Source: Eubacteriales bacterium
GTDB taxonomy: Bacteria; Bacillota; Clostridia; Oscillospirales; Oscillospiraceae
Assembly (NCBI GenBank): GCA_030531595.1
Contig: JAUNND010000002.1
Location: 2,097 to 66,096 of the forward strand
Direction: 5' to 3'
Length of the DNA: 64,000 nt
Shown here: piece after piece, positions 1 through 8,561 of the stretch
How positions within the stretch are numbered: position 1 is the stretch's first letter
Layout: the number at the start of each line of letters is the position of its first letter
Program-made: the position numbers and the translations under genes
Notes under the pieces: model-generated
What the model was told of the DNA's origin: nothing
Seen by the model: the letters and a program-made list of their open reading frames with translations, nothing else
Databases searched by the model: none

Positions 1-651
1 ACAGGTGCTGCCGCTGCCGGAAAATGGGTCAAATACCGTATCACCGACATTGGAGCTTGCCAGAATGAGCTTTGCAAGGAGCTTTTCCGGCTTTTGAGTT
101 GGGTGAGCCGTGTTTTCGGGCATCGACCAGAAGGGGACTGTTATGTCGTCCCAGAAATTGGAGGGACAGGTCAGACGGTAACTGCCGTTTTTATCCTCGA
201 TCCAATCTTTCGGCTGACCGTTTATGCGGTAAGGAGCGATAACTTTACGGCGCTGCTTTACCGCTTCGAGGTTAAAGGTGTAGTTCTCGCTTTTGGTTGC
301 AAACCAGATGTCCTCCATCGAGTTTTTCCAGTTTGCGCTCGCGCCGCGCCCCTTTTCTCTCTGCCACGTGATGCGGTTTCGGACAACGGCAAGCTCCGAC
401 AGTAAGTTTCCTATGACCAGACTGCTCTCCCAGTCACAGCAGACATAGATCGTACCCTCCGGTTTAAGAAGGCGTAATGCTTCAACGAGCCAGCGCCCGG
501 TATATTCCTCATATTCCCGCATTGACTTTTTTGAAAAGACTCTGCCGTTGAAGGCTTTTGTGAGATTATATGGCGGATCGGCTATGATGAGGTCGGCAAA
601 TCCTTCCGGTAAAAGCGGCATTACCTCAAATGTATCTCCGAGGACGATCAT
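1..651 (-). CDS. DNA methyltransferase (N6-adenine/N4-cytosine, DPPY type); its 3' end runs off the left edge
   Basis: It is missing from the ORF track because it is open at the window edge. Reverse-strand translation gives MIVLGDTFEVMPLLPEGFADLIIADPPYN (DPPY motif, rc of about 560-650). It then gives FDPFSGSGST (AdoMet motif I, rc of 1-33). The frame stays open up to about 770, but no ATG/GTG/TTG lies upstream of the ATG at 651. Confidence 0.8.
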   Translation of the reverse strand, partial: MIVLGDTFEVMPLLPEGFADLIIADPPYNLTKAFNGRVFSKKSMREYEEYTGRWLVEALRLLKPEGTIYVCCDWESSLVIGNLLSELAVVRNRITWQREKGRGASANWKNSMEDIWFATKSENYTFNLEAVKQRRKVIAPYRINGQPKDWIEDKNGSYRLTCPSNFWDDITVPFWSMPENTAHPTQKPEKLLAKLILASSNVGDTVFDPFSGSGSTC

Positions 652-891
652 ATCCGTTATTTTTGCCGTGTCGGCTACGGCTTCGGTAATACCTATACAC
701 TCGGAGAGATATTGTTTACCGTCTTCAATGGAGGTATCTATTGTTTTGTTGCGGTCTGATATGGCAATAGCGCATCACCTCTGATGAAAGTATAGCAAAA
801 CATTAATTTTATTACAAGTCAAAAAATATCCCCCGTAGGGGCTTCCGTCCGCGGGAAAGGAATGCTATAATACTGTCCGGGAGGTGGGACA

Positions 892-2031
892 ATGAAAAAA
901 ATGTTTTCACTATTTTTGTGTGTTGTGATCCTTTCGGGCTGCTTTGCCTACGCTGAGAGTGCGGAAAGTCTTATTATAACAGATATGATCGGCAGAGAGG
1001 TCGAAATCTTTCCCGGGAAATATGAGAGAGTCGTGTGCATCGGTGCGGGCGCACTGCGGATGTACAGCTATGTCGGGGACATTTCTCTGCTGTGCGGCGT
1101 AGAGGACATTGACAACGAAACGCTTGAGGCGAGACCGAAAATGTTTGATGCGGTAGCCAGACCCTATGTGCTAGCTTACGGCGATGTGTTTTCATCCCTC
1201 CCGTCCTGCGGCGTCGGCGGTCCCAACGCGCAGACTGCCGAGGCGGAAAAAATCCTCTCCTGCGCCCCCGACATCATCATTTCCGAGTATGAGGATGCGG
1301 AGAAGGCAAACGCTCTGCAGGAGCAGACGGGTGTGCCGGTGATCACGCTCAAAACAGGACCGGACGGCGTATTTTCCGAAGCCTTTGTTCAGTCAATGCG
1401 ACTTTTGGGCAAAGTTTTCGACCGCAGCGACAGGGCAGAGAAGCTTATTTACTTTGTTGACGGTGAAAGAGCCGAAATAAGTTCAAGGACGGCAGGTGTT
1501 TCGGAAACCGACAGACCTCTTGTTTATATCTGCGGTCTGGGGAACTGGGGCACAACGGATCATCTGACGACCGCGCCGAATTATATCTCCTTTGATATCG
1601 CCAATGTTCAGAACGTCTGCGCAGGTATCACGGGGAAGGGCGTTGTACCGATCGAGGAAGAAAAGTTTATCGAGCTGGGCGAGAGCATGGATATCATGAT
1701 CATTGACGCTGCGGCTGTCAAAAATATCCGACCGATGTATGCAGAGGATAAAACGATCTTTGACACCTGTAAGGCCTATCAGAACGGTGAGGTCTATCTA
1801 CAGCTTGCCTACAACGCATATTATACAAATTTTGAGATCGCTCTTATCAATACGTGGTTTACGGCAAAGACCGTGTATCCCGAACTTTTTGCCGACATTG
1901 ATATGACCGAAAAAACTGACGAGGTCACAGAAATGTTTCTCGGAAAGCCCCTTGCGGACAGGATATTTGCCTGTCAGGCAAGCTTTGGCGGATTTCAGAA
2001 AATCAATACCGACACATTTTTTGAACAGTGA
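892..2031 (+). CDS. ABC transporter substrate-binding lipoprotein (iron-siderophore/cobalamin type periplasmic binding protein fold)
   Basis: A 379-aa ORF with an SD (GGGAGGTGGG) upstream. It has a signal peptide with lipobox LSGC. The overall sequence resembles FecB/BtuF-class binding proteins. Confidence 0.65.
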   Translation: MKKMFSLFLCVVILSGCFAYAESAESLIITDMIGREVEIFPGKYERVVCIGAGALRMYSYVGDISLLCGVEDIDNETLEARPKMFDAVARPYVLAYGDVFSSLPSCGVGGPNAQTAEAEKILSCAPDIIISEYEDAEKANALQEQTGVPVITLKTGPDGVFSEAFVQSMRLLGKVFDRSDRAEKLIYFVDGERAEISSRTAGVSETDRPLVYICGLGNWGTTDHLTTAPNYISFDIANVQNVCAGITGKGVVPIEEEKFIELGESMDIMIIDAAAVKNIRPMYAEDKTIFDTCKAYQNGEVYLQLAYNAYYTNFEIALINTWFTAKTVYPELFADIDMTEKTDEVTEMFLGKPLADRIFACQASFGGFQKINTDTFFEQ

Positions 2032-2043
2032 AAGGGAAAGAAT

Positions 2044-2721
2044 GTGACACAGCTGAAGGAAAAGCTTTTTGCGCTTTCGGATAAAGAATACGCCGCATTT
2101 CAGTCAAAGCTCACACCGACAGTCGACGCCGAAAAATTTATTGGCGTCAGAGTGCCCGTACTGAGGGAATTTGCAAAGGAGTTTTCAAAACAGGCTGAAT
2201 GTGCCGAATTTCTTGACACATTGCCGCATGAATACTATGACGAAAATCTGCTCCACTCGGTAATTCTCGAAAAGGTAAAGAGATATGATGAGTGTCTTGC
2301 GCTTGTTGAAGCATTTCTGCCTTATGTTGATAACTGGGCGGTGTGCGATACGCTCCGACCGAAGGATTTTGCAAAGCATAAGGAGGAGCTTCTTCCTAAA
2401 ATCAAGGAATGGATAGCCTCGGATAAAACATACACCTGTCGCTTCGGGATCGATATGCTGATGACGCACTATCTTGATGCGGCTTTCAGACCGGAATACC
2501 CCGCGCTCGTCACGGCGGTGCACAGTGAGGAATACTACGTGCGTATGATGGCGGCGTGGTACTTTGCAACGGCACTTGCCAAGCAGTGGGACACGGTGAT
2601 TCCTTATATCGAAAACAGGCAGCTCGACAGATGGACGCATAACAAGGCCATTCAGAAGGCGATCGAGAGCTACCGCATCACGCCGGAACGCAAAGACTAT
2701 CTGAGAACATTAAAAGAATAG
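2044..2721 (+). CDS. DNA alkylation repair protein (AlkD-like HEAT-repeat family)
   Basis: A 225-aa ORF. The N-terminal pattern (LSDKEYAAFQSKLTPT...IGVRVPVLREFAK) and NWAVCDTL are typical of the DNA alkylation repair enzyme family. Confidence 0.6.
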   Translation: MTQLKEKLFALSDKEYAAFQSKLTPTVDAEKFIGVRVPVLREFAKEFSKQAECAEFLDTLPHEYYDENLLHSVILEKVKRYDECLALVEAFLPYVDNWAVCDTLRPKDFAKHKEELLPKIKEWIASDKTYTCRFGIDMLMTHYLDAAFRPEYPALVTAVHSEEYYVRMMAAWYFATALAKQWDTVIPYIENRQLDRWTHNKAIQKAIESYRITPERKDYLRTLKE

Positions 2722-2764
2722 ATCATGCACGGAGGCAGGATTTTCCCGCCTCCGTTTAAAACAC

Positions 2765-2793
2765 TTGACAAGTGACCAAATGGTCACTATAAT
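2765..2793 (+). promoter_or_regulatory. Sigma-A type promoter with an embedded TetR-type operator palindrome
   Basis: TTGACA (2765-2770), a 17-nt spacer, then TATAAT (2788-2793). The spacer is the near-perfect palindrome AGTGACCA-AA-TGGTCACT (2771-2788). A further half-site CGGTCACT lies at about 2809-2816. The site is directly upstream of the TetR gene. Confidence 0.7.
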
Positions 2794-2835
2794 ATAAGGT
2801 GTCCAAACGGTCACTTTGGCGATACGGAGGTTGCA

Positions 2836-3429
2836 ATGGAAAACACGACAAAAGAAAAAATACTGGACGCGGCGCTTGAAAGCTTTGCCGAAAACGGCTA
2901 TAAGGGGACAAATCTGCGTGATCTTGCCGCTATGCTGGGGCTGAGCAAATCCGCTCTTTATAAGCATTACGAAAGCAAGGAAGAGATATGGAATGCGCTT
3001 ATAGACAAAATGGAGGCCTATTACACCGCCCGCTTCGGCTCAAGTGAGAATATGCCGCCGATACCGGCTTCCGGCGATGAGCTGTTAGAAGTGACCATGC
3101 GTATGCTGGACTTTACGCTGCACGACCGGAAAGTTATCCTCACAAGGAGGCTGCTGCTTACGGAGCAGTTTCGTGATGATAGAGCCAGAAAATTTGCAAC
3201 GCTGCATTTTTTGACCGGCACAAAGGACATCTACACAAAAATCTTTTCGGAAATGATGAAGAATAATCTTCTGAAAAAGGACGATCCCGAAATGCTTGCA
3301 TTCGGCTATACCGCACCGATCACGGCGCTGGTACACCTGTGCGACCGTGAGCCGGAAAGGGAAGCGGAGATCGTGCGGGAGATCGAGGCCTTTGTACGCC
3401 ATTATATCAAAGAACATGAAAACGTATAA
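2836..3429 (+). CDS. TetR/AcrR family transcriptional regulator
   Basis: A 197-aa ORF with a GGAGG SD. The N-terminal HTH (KEKILDAALESFAENGYKGTNLRDLAAMLGLSKSALYKHY) is characteristic of TetR_N. Confidence 0.85.
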   Translation: MENTTKEKILDAALESFAENGYKGTNLRDLAAMLGLSKSALYKHYESKEEIWNALIDKMEAYYTARFGSSENMPPIPASGDELLEVTMRMLDFTLHDRKVILTRRLLLTEQFRDDRARKFATLHFLTGTKDIYTKIFSEMMKNNLLKKDDPEMLAFGYTAPITALVHLCDREPEREAEIVREIEAFVRHYIKEHENV

Positions 3430-3435
3430 GAAGGA

Positions 3436-4056
3436 ATGAAGGAAGCTATGAACAAAGCGGTGATCTATATACACGGCAAGGGCGGAAACGCCGCTGAAGC
3501 CGATCATTACAAGCCTCTTTTCAATGATCGCGATGTACTTGGCTTTAACTACCGAGCCGAAACACCGTGGGAAGCAAAAGAAGAATTCAGCGGGTATTTT
3601 GAAAAGGCAGAAAAGGAATATGACTCTGTTATTCTGATCGCCAACAGCATCGGCGCGTTTTTTGCGATGACCGCCATGCAAAACAGTAAAATTGAAAAGG
3701 CGTATTTCATTTCACCTGTCGTCGATATGGAAAAGCTTATCAAGGATATGATGACATGGGTGAATATTACCGAGGAGGAGCTTTCCGAGAAAAAGCTTGT
3801 CGAAACGCCGTTCGGAGAAACGCTTTCGTGGGAATACCTCTGTTATGTGCGGGAAAACCCCGTAGAATGGGATGTTCCGACACATATTCTGTACGGTGAA
3901 AAAGACACGCTGACCTCGTTTGAAACGGTGTCCTCCTTTGCCGAAAAAGTCGGCGCCTCACTCGAGGTTATGGCAAACGGCGAACACTGGTTTCACACGG
4001 ATGAACAGATGGCGTATCTCGACCTATGGATAAAAGAAAGGGAGCATAATGGATAA
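3436..4056 (+). CDS. Alpha/beta hydrolase
   Basis: A 206-aa ORF. It has the IYIHGKGG oxyanion region, a nucleophile elbow ANSIG, and a C-terminal GEHWFH histidine. Confidence 0.6.
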   Translation: MKEAMNKAVIYIHGKGGNAAEADHYKPLFNDRDVLGFNYRAETPWEAKEEFSGYFEKAEKEYDSVILIANSIGAFFAMTAMQNSKIEKAYFISPVVDMEKLIKDMMTWVNITEEELSEKKLVETPFGETLSWEYLCYVRENPVEWDVPTHILYGEKDTLTSFETVSSFAEKVGASLEVMANGEHWFHTDEQMAYLDLWIKEREHNG

Positions 4057-4339
4057 TTTTTTTGATTTTATGTCGGCGGCTCTGCCGTGGCTGTGCATGG
4101 GGCTGCTGCTGGCGGTATTCTTTGCAAAACAGACGCAGAGGAATAAAAAAGGAGATAAAGAAAATGATCCGGAAAAAAAGAAAGAAGATTACGGTATGGA
4201 GGGGATGTGCTTCGGAATGTGTTTCGGCACTGCACTCGGCGCATCCCTCGGAAACAATACAGGTATCGGCATGTCGCTTGGGATGCTGTTGGGGCTTGTG
4301 ATCGGGTCGTGCATTGAGAAAAAGGAGAAAAACGGATAA
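4049..4339 (+). CDS. Small membrane protein with a glycine-zipper segment
   Basis: A 96-aa ORF with a GGGAG SD. It has an N-terminal TM helix, a KKGDKENDPEKKKED linker, and GxxxG repeats (GMCFGMCFGTALGASLGNNTGIGMSLGMLLGLVIG). Confidence 0.5.
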   Translation: MDNFFDFMSAALPWLCMGLLLAVFFAKQTQRNKKGDKENDPEKKKEDYGMEGMCFGMCFGTALGASLGNNTGIGMSLGMLLGLVIGSCIEKKEKNG

Positions 4340-4399
4340 TAAAAAATTATATCGCATCATGCTCGTTATAAGGAAGAACAGGAAAAGGAGTGTGGAATA

Positions 4400-4498
4400 A
4401 TGGAATACGGCGTAAGCATAGCAGTGCTTTTTATGATAGCCGTCGGTGTTTATGCGGGTAAAAAGAAGAAAGATAATAAGTCGGAGAAGGAGAAATGA
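4400..4498 (+). CDS. Candidate 32-aa membrane micro-protein (MEYGVSIAVLFMIAVGVYAGKKKKDNKSEKEK)
   Basis: It is below the ORF-track size cutoff. An AAAAGGAG SD lies 9 nt upstream. The product has one hydrophobic helix plus a Lys-rich tail. Its TGA (4496-4498) overlaps the ATG of the GNAT gene (4495), an ATGA coupling. Confidence 0.35.
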   Translation: MEYGVSIAVLFMIAVGVYAGKKKKDNKSEKEK

Positions 4499-5031
4499 TG
4501 ATAGAAACAAAAAGGCTGCTCCTCCGACCGTGGGAGGAAACGGATGCGGAGAGCTTATTTGAATATGCAAAGGACGAGCGGGTAGGGCCGATCGCCGGAT
4601 GGCCGGTACATACAAGCGTTGAAAACAGCCGTGAGATCATAAAAACTGTGCTGTCCGTACCGGAAAACTACGCGGTCTGCTTAAAAGAGGATAACAGGGC
4701 TATTGGCTGTGTCGGCTTGCGCCTCGGCCAAAGCAGCAATCTTGCCATTCCCGAAAACGAGGGTGAGATCGGCTACTGGATCGGCGTTCCGTTCTGGGGA
4801 CAGGGTTTGATCCCCGAAGCGGTAAGGGCGCTTATCCGTCACGCTTTCGACGAATTGCACCTTGCAAGACTTTGGTGCGGGTATTTCGACGGCAACGAAA
4901 AATCAAAACGGGCACAGGAAAAGTGCGGCTTTATCTACCATCACACGAACAGAGATATATACTGGGAGGCGATGAACGATATCCGCACCGAGCATATCAC
5001 CTGCCTTGAAAACAGTATCTCTGACCGCTGA
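4495..5031 (+). CDS. GNAT family N-acetyltransferase (RimJ/RimL-like)
   Basis: A 178-aa ORF. It shows the TKRLLLRPWEETDAESLFEYA pattern and the WGQGL acetyl-CoA loop, both typical of the Acetyltransf_3/RimL group. Confidence 0.8.
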   Translation: MMIETKRLLLRPWEETDAESLFEYAKDERVGPIAGWPVHTSVENSREIIKTVLSVPENYAVCLKEDNRAIGCVGLRLGQSSNLAIPENEGEIGYWIGVPFWGQGLIPEAVRALIRHAFDELHLARLWCGYFDGNEKSKRAQEKCGFIYHHTNRDIYWEAMNDIRTEHITCLENSISDR

Positions 5032-5058
5032 AATCCGACTTTTAAGGAGAAAAATGCT

Positions 5059-5207
5059 ATGATATTTACAGAATATAAGGAACTGCTGCCGCAGGAAATT
5101 CAGGAAAAGATATTGAAAAAGCAAAGAAATATTATCACGATCTGTTCGGTCTTGAAATGCTTGCAGACAATGGCGGAAATCTGACCGAGGTCGGAACACC
5201 GATGTGA
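5059..5207 (+). pseudogene. Remnant of a glyoxalase/VOC-family gene (5' fragment, probably frameshifted)
   Basis: One frame reads KDIEKAKKYYHDLFGLEMLADNGGNLTEVGTPM-stop, the typical first beta-alpha-beta unit of VOC proteins. Only about 35 codons remain. The SD-preceded ATG at 5059 is in a different frame. Confidence 0.35.
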
Positions 5208-5249
5208 GTGTCAAATAAGAATTTTCAGGAACATATACAGAGGTTTTTA

Positions 5250-5927
5250 ATGAATTTATTAGAAGTACAATCCCTTTCCAAAACCTACGGAAGCGGAAAT
5301 ACGGCCGTTCATGCTCTGAAAAACGTGAGCTTTTCGGTGCCTAAAGGCGAATTTGTCGCGATTGTCGGAGAATCCGGCTCGGGAAAAAGCACGCTGCTGA
5401 ATATGATCGGCGCGCTGGATGCACCGACAGATGGTAAAATATATATCGACGGAAAGGATATTCTTTCCATGGACGATAACGCCATGACGGTTTTCCGCCG
5501 CCGGAATATCGGCTTTATTTTTCAGGCGTTTAACCTGATACCGGAGCTTAATGTGGAGCAGAATATCATCTTCCCCGTTCTGCTTGATTACCGGAAGCCC
5601 GACATGGCATATCTCAACGAGCTTTTGACCGTTCTGAATTTGCAGGAGCGCAGAAACCATTTGCCGTCGCAGCTCTCGGGCGGTCAGCAGCAGAGAGTGG
5701 CGATCGGCAGAGCACTGTTCACAAGACCTGATCTTATCCTCGCCGACGAGCCGACGGGAAATCTCGATTCTCAGAACACAAATGAGGTGATCGCGCTCTT
5801 AAAGGAAACATCGAAAAAATACGCTCAGACGATCGTTATGATCACGCACAGCCGCTCGGTTGCCGAGACAGCCGACCGTATTTTACAGGTTTCCGACGGT
5901 GTGCTGACGGAGCTCGGGAGGCAATAA
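5250..5927 (+). CDS. ABC transporter ATP-binding protein (MacB/LolD/FtsE-like)
   Basis: Walker A GESGSGKST, signature LSGGQQQRVAIGRAL, and Walker B LILADEPTGNLD are present. The track ORF starts at GTG 5208. I prefer ATG 5250 (MNLLEVQSLSKTYG), which has an AGAGG SD. Confidence 0.9.
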   Translation: MNLLEVQSLSKTYGSGNTAVHALKNVSFSVPKGEFVAIVGESGSGKSTLLNMIGALDAPTDGKIYIDGKDILSMDDNAMTVFRRRNIGFIFQAFNLIPELNVEQNIIFPVLLDYRKPDMAYLNELLTVLNLQERRNHLPSQLSGGQQQRVAIGRALFTRPDLILADEPTGNLDSQNTNEVIALLKETSKKYAQTIVMITHSRSVAETADRILQVSDGVLTELGRQ

Positions 5928-5929
5928 AC

Positions 5930-8560
5930 GTGAAAAGCTATCTTTCCATGATCCCTATCTCCGCCAAAGTGCATAAACGTCAAAACGCAATGACGATATG
6001 GTGCATCGTCATTGCCGTTTTTCTGGTGACGGCTGTTTTTTCCATGACGGAAATGGCTGTCCGGCAGGAAACGGCGAGACTTGTCGCCAAGCACGGTGCC
6101 GAAGAAGTCACATCCATTTTTACATCCGAAGCGTTCCGGTCATTGCTTCCGATTGCCGCCCTGCTTTTCCTGTTCGTCCTCTGCGCGGGCATTTTTATGA
6201 TAGCGGGCAGTATGAACAGCAATGTGGCGCAGAGAACTCAGCTTTTCGGAATGCTGAGATGCATCGGAATGAGTAAAAAACAGGTCATCCGCTATGTAAG
6301 GCTTGAAGCACTGAACTGGTGCAAAAGCGCGATCCCGATAGGGCTTGCGTCAGGCACCGTTGCCACATGGGTTTTGTGTGCGGTTTTGAAATATGCTGTC
6401 GGCGGCGAGTGGGCGGATATGCCGCAGCTTAAAGTCAGCATCCTCGGAATCGTGAGCGGTGCCGCAGTCGGTATTCTCACTGTGCTGATCGCCGCCGGAA
6501 AACCTGCCAGAAGAGCCGCAAAGGTAACGCCGCTTTCCGCTCTTTCGGGTATTTCCGAGGAGAATAATTCCTGTGTCATAAAAACGGTAAAGAACATCAA
6601 AATTGAAAAGGTATTGGGAATCCGCCACGCCGTGCAATCAAAGAAAAACCTGTTTCTGATGATAGGTTCGTTCGCGCTCAGCATCATTCTTTTTCTGAGC
6701 TTTTCCGTGATCATCGATCTTGTGAACTGTATGATGCCGCAGTCTTCCGCCGCTGCCGATATTGAAATATACGCGGAGGATGGAGGCTGGATCGAAAACC
6801 GGCTTCTTGCGGAGACAGAGAACTCGGACAGTGTGGAACGTGCTTTCGGGCGGCGGGCAGTTTTTGATGTGGAGGCAGACTGCGACGCTGTTTCGTCTGT
6901 AAAGTGCGTAGATATAATCTCTCTGTGCGAGTTTGATCTTGAGGCACTCAAAAAAGACGGGCTTCTTGACAGAAACTGCGAGTTGGACAATGTCATAAGC
7001 GGTGACGCGGCGTTAGTTATTACGGATGAAGCAATTCAAAAGGGAAGTACGGTATCTGCTTTCGGAACGCAGCTCGCGATTGCCGAAAAGCTGAAATACG
7101 ATCCGTTTACCTCCGACGGAGGTACGGAGGGCAGAACAACGCTGATTGTATCGGAGGAGGCGTTTCGGGATATGACCGGAATATCTGACTACACTATGCT
7201 GCTTGTCCGACTTTCCAATCTGGCAGAGGAGAAAGACGTTGAAGCATTGAAAACGCTGATCGGTGACAGGTACAAATGGGTCGATAATCGGGAATACGAC
7301 ACCCACGGAACGTATGTCGCATTTCTTGTATGTGTATACAGCTTCCTTGTCATTATTGCCCTTGTGACGGTTCTGAACATCGTGAACAGTATTTCCGTGA
7401 GCGTATCGGCAAAAATAAAACAGTATGGCATCATGCGTGCCGTCGGTATGTCAAAAAAGCAGCTCGGAAGTATGGTGAAAGCGGAAACGCTCACATACTC
7501 CTGTCTCGGCTGTGCGGTCGGACTTATCATAGGACTTTTATTCAGCAGGTGGCTGTACGGTTATCTGATCACGTCCCACTATGCCTACGCTCAATGGCAC
7601 CTGCCGGCCGCAGAGCTGACCGTGATAGGAGCGTTCTTTGCTCTGTCTGTCGCTGCCGGTATAAGAGCACCTGTAAGGCGTCTGAATGAAATGTCAATAA
7701 CGGAAACCATACGAATGCAATGGAGGGGCTGTACTAAGGGAAGATATTCTGTGCAGACTCAGGTTAAAATGAATGACAAAAAGACAGTGAAACGGTGCGG
7801 TGTTATTGCCGCCGTAATACTTGCGGTGCTGTTGCCGGTGATCGGAATACCTCTATGCACCTTGTCTTTTGATGAATCTGTCCCAATTGTCTCACCGGAA
7901 GATTTATACGAAGAGCCGAGAATTGATTTATCCGATACCGTCAGAAAAAATACGAAGGGTGAAAGCGTCTTTGCGATTTCTTTGGAAGACTTTATCGACC
8001 GGTATAACGCCGTATATCGGCAAAGGAACGGGAGCGATTATCTGAATTTGGAAAACTCCGATAACTGGTATCGTTATTCTGAGCTTTCTCCCTGTTTTGG
8101 ATATGAGTCCGTTCGGAATCAGTTTACTGCGGACAAAACGGTCTGGCCAATGCCGACGATCTCTTTCTACACAGAAGATCAGAAGGAGATTTTTGAAATT
8201 CGTATGACCTTTGACGATCACGGCTATCAGGAGCGTTTTCATGAGCTTTTCAAGGAGCTGTGCATCTGTATGGAAAAAATGATGATCTCAGAGCTAATGG
8301 AGGAAGAAGCGGATGTAATGTTTGAAAAGCTCTATTCCGAAGCCTCTGCAAACTTTTTCGGCAATCATGCCGCTTACGGAGACCTTGAGCGTCCGCCGCT
8401 CACTGCGGTGACGGTCTGCGACAGGATCGGGATGTACTGCTTTTACGGCGCGGGAAACATTGAAATATGCTTTATCCCGTTGACGGAAAATGCAGTCAGC
8501 ATTCTTAAAGCAGAAAATACAGCTTTTGATGATTTCGGGGAGATTGGGATAATTCAATAA
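5930..8560 (+). CDS. FtsX-family ABC permease (two FtsX modules) fused in frame to a 263-aa TM-anchored domain of unknown function
   Basis: An 876-aa ORF. Residues 1 to about 613 have two FtsX-like TM bundles separated by a large soluble loop, and they end in the usual ...SITETIRMQ. The frame then continues without a stop into MNDKKTVKRCGVIAAVILAVLL... (ATG at 7769). Confidence 0.75.
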   Translation: MKSYLSMIPISAKVHKRQNAMTIWCIVIAVFLVTAVFSMTEMAVRQETARLVAKHGAEEVTSIFTSEAFRSLLPIAALLFLFVLCAGIFMIAGSMNSNVAQRTQLFGMLRCIGMSKKQVIRYVRLEALNWCKSAIPIGLASGTVATWVLCAVLKYAVGGEWADMPQLKVSILGIVSGAAVGILTVLIAAGKPARRAAKVTPLSALSGISEENNSCVIKTVKNIKIEKVLGIRHAVQSKKNLFLMIGSFALSIILFLSFSVIIDLVNCMMPQSSAAADIEIYAEDGGWIENRLLAETENSDSVERAFGRRAVFDVEADCDAVSSVKCVDIISLCEFDLEALKKDGLLDRNCELDNVISGDAALVITDEAIQKGSTVSAFGTQLAIAEKLKYDPFTSDGGTEGRTTLIVSEEAFRDMTGISDYTMLLVRLSNLAEEKDVEALKTLIGDRYKWVDNREYDTHGTYVAFLVCVYSFLVIIALVTVLNIVNSISVSVSAKIKQYGIMRAVGMSKKQLGSMVKAETLTYSCLGCAVGLIIGLLFSRWLYGYLITSHYAYAQWHLPAAELTVIGAFFALSVAAGIRAPVRRLNEMSITETIRMQWRGCTKGRYSVQTQVKMNDKKTVKRCGVIAAVILAVLLPVIGIPLCTLSFDESVPIVSPEDLYEEPRIDLSDTVRKNTKGESVFAISLEDFIDRYNAVYRQRNGSDYLNLENSDNWYRYSELSPCFGYESVRNQFTADKTVWPMPTISFYTEDQKEIFEIRMTFDDHGYQERFHELFKELCICMEKMMISELMEEEADVMFEKLYSEASANFFGNHAAYGDLERPPLTAVTVCDRIGMYCFYGAGNIEICFIPLTENAVSILKAENTAFDDFGEIGIIQ

Positions 8561-8561
8561 A

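Noticed and set aside
94-784. Plus-strand ORFs 94-405 and 548-784 from the track.
   Set aside because: The opposite strand encodes a clear DPPY/FxGxG DNA methyltransferase across the same interval. The plus-strand products have no recognisable features.
3968-4615. A 215-aa minus-strand ORF spanning the hydrolase/small membrane protein/GNAT region.
   Set aside because: It overlaps three well-supported plus-strand genes. Its translation is low-complexity (F/L/I/R-rich), and it has no SD.
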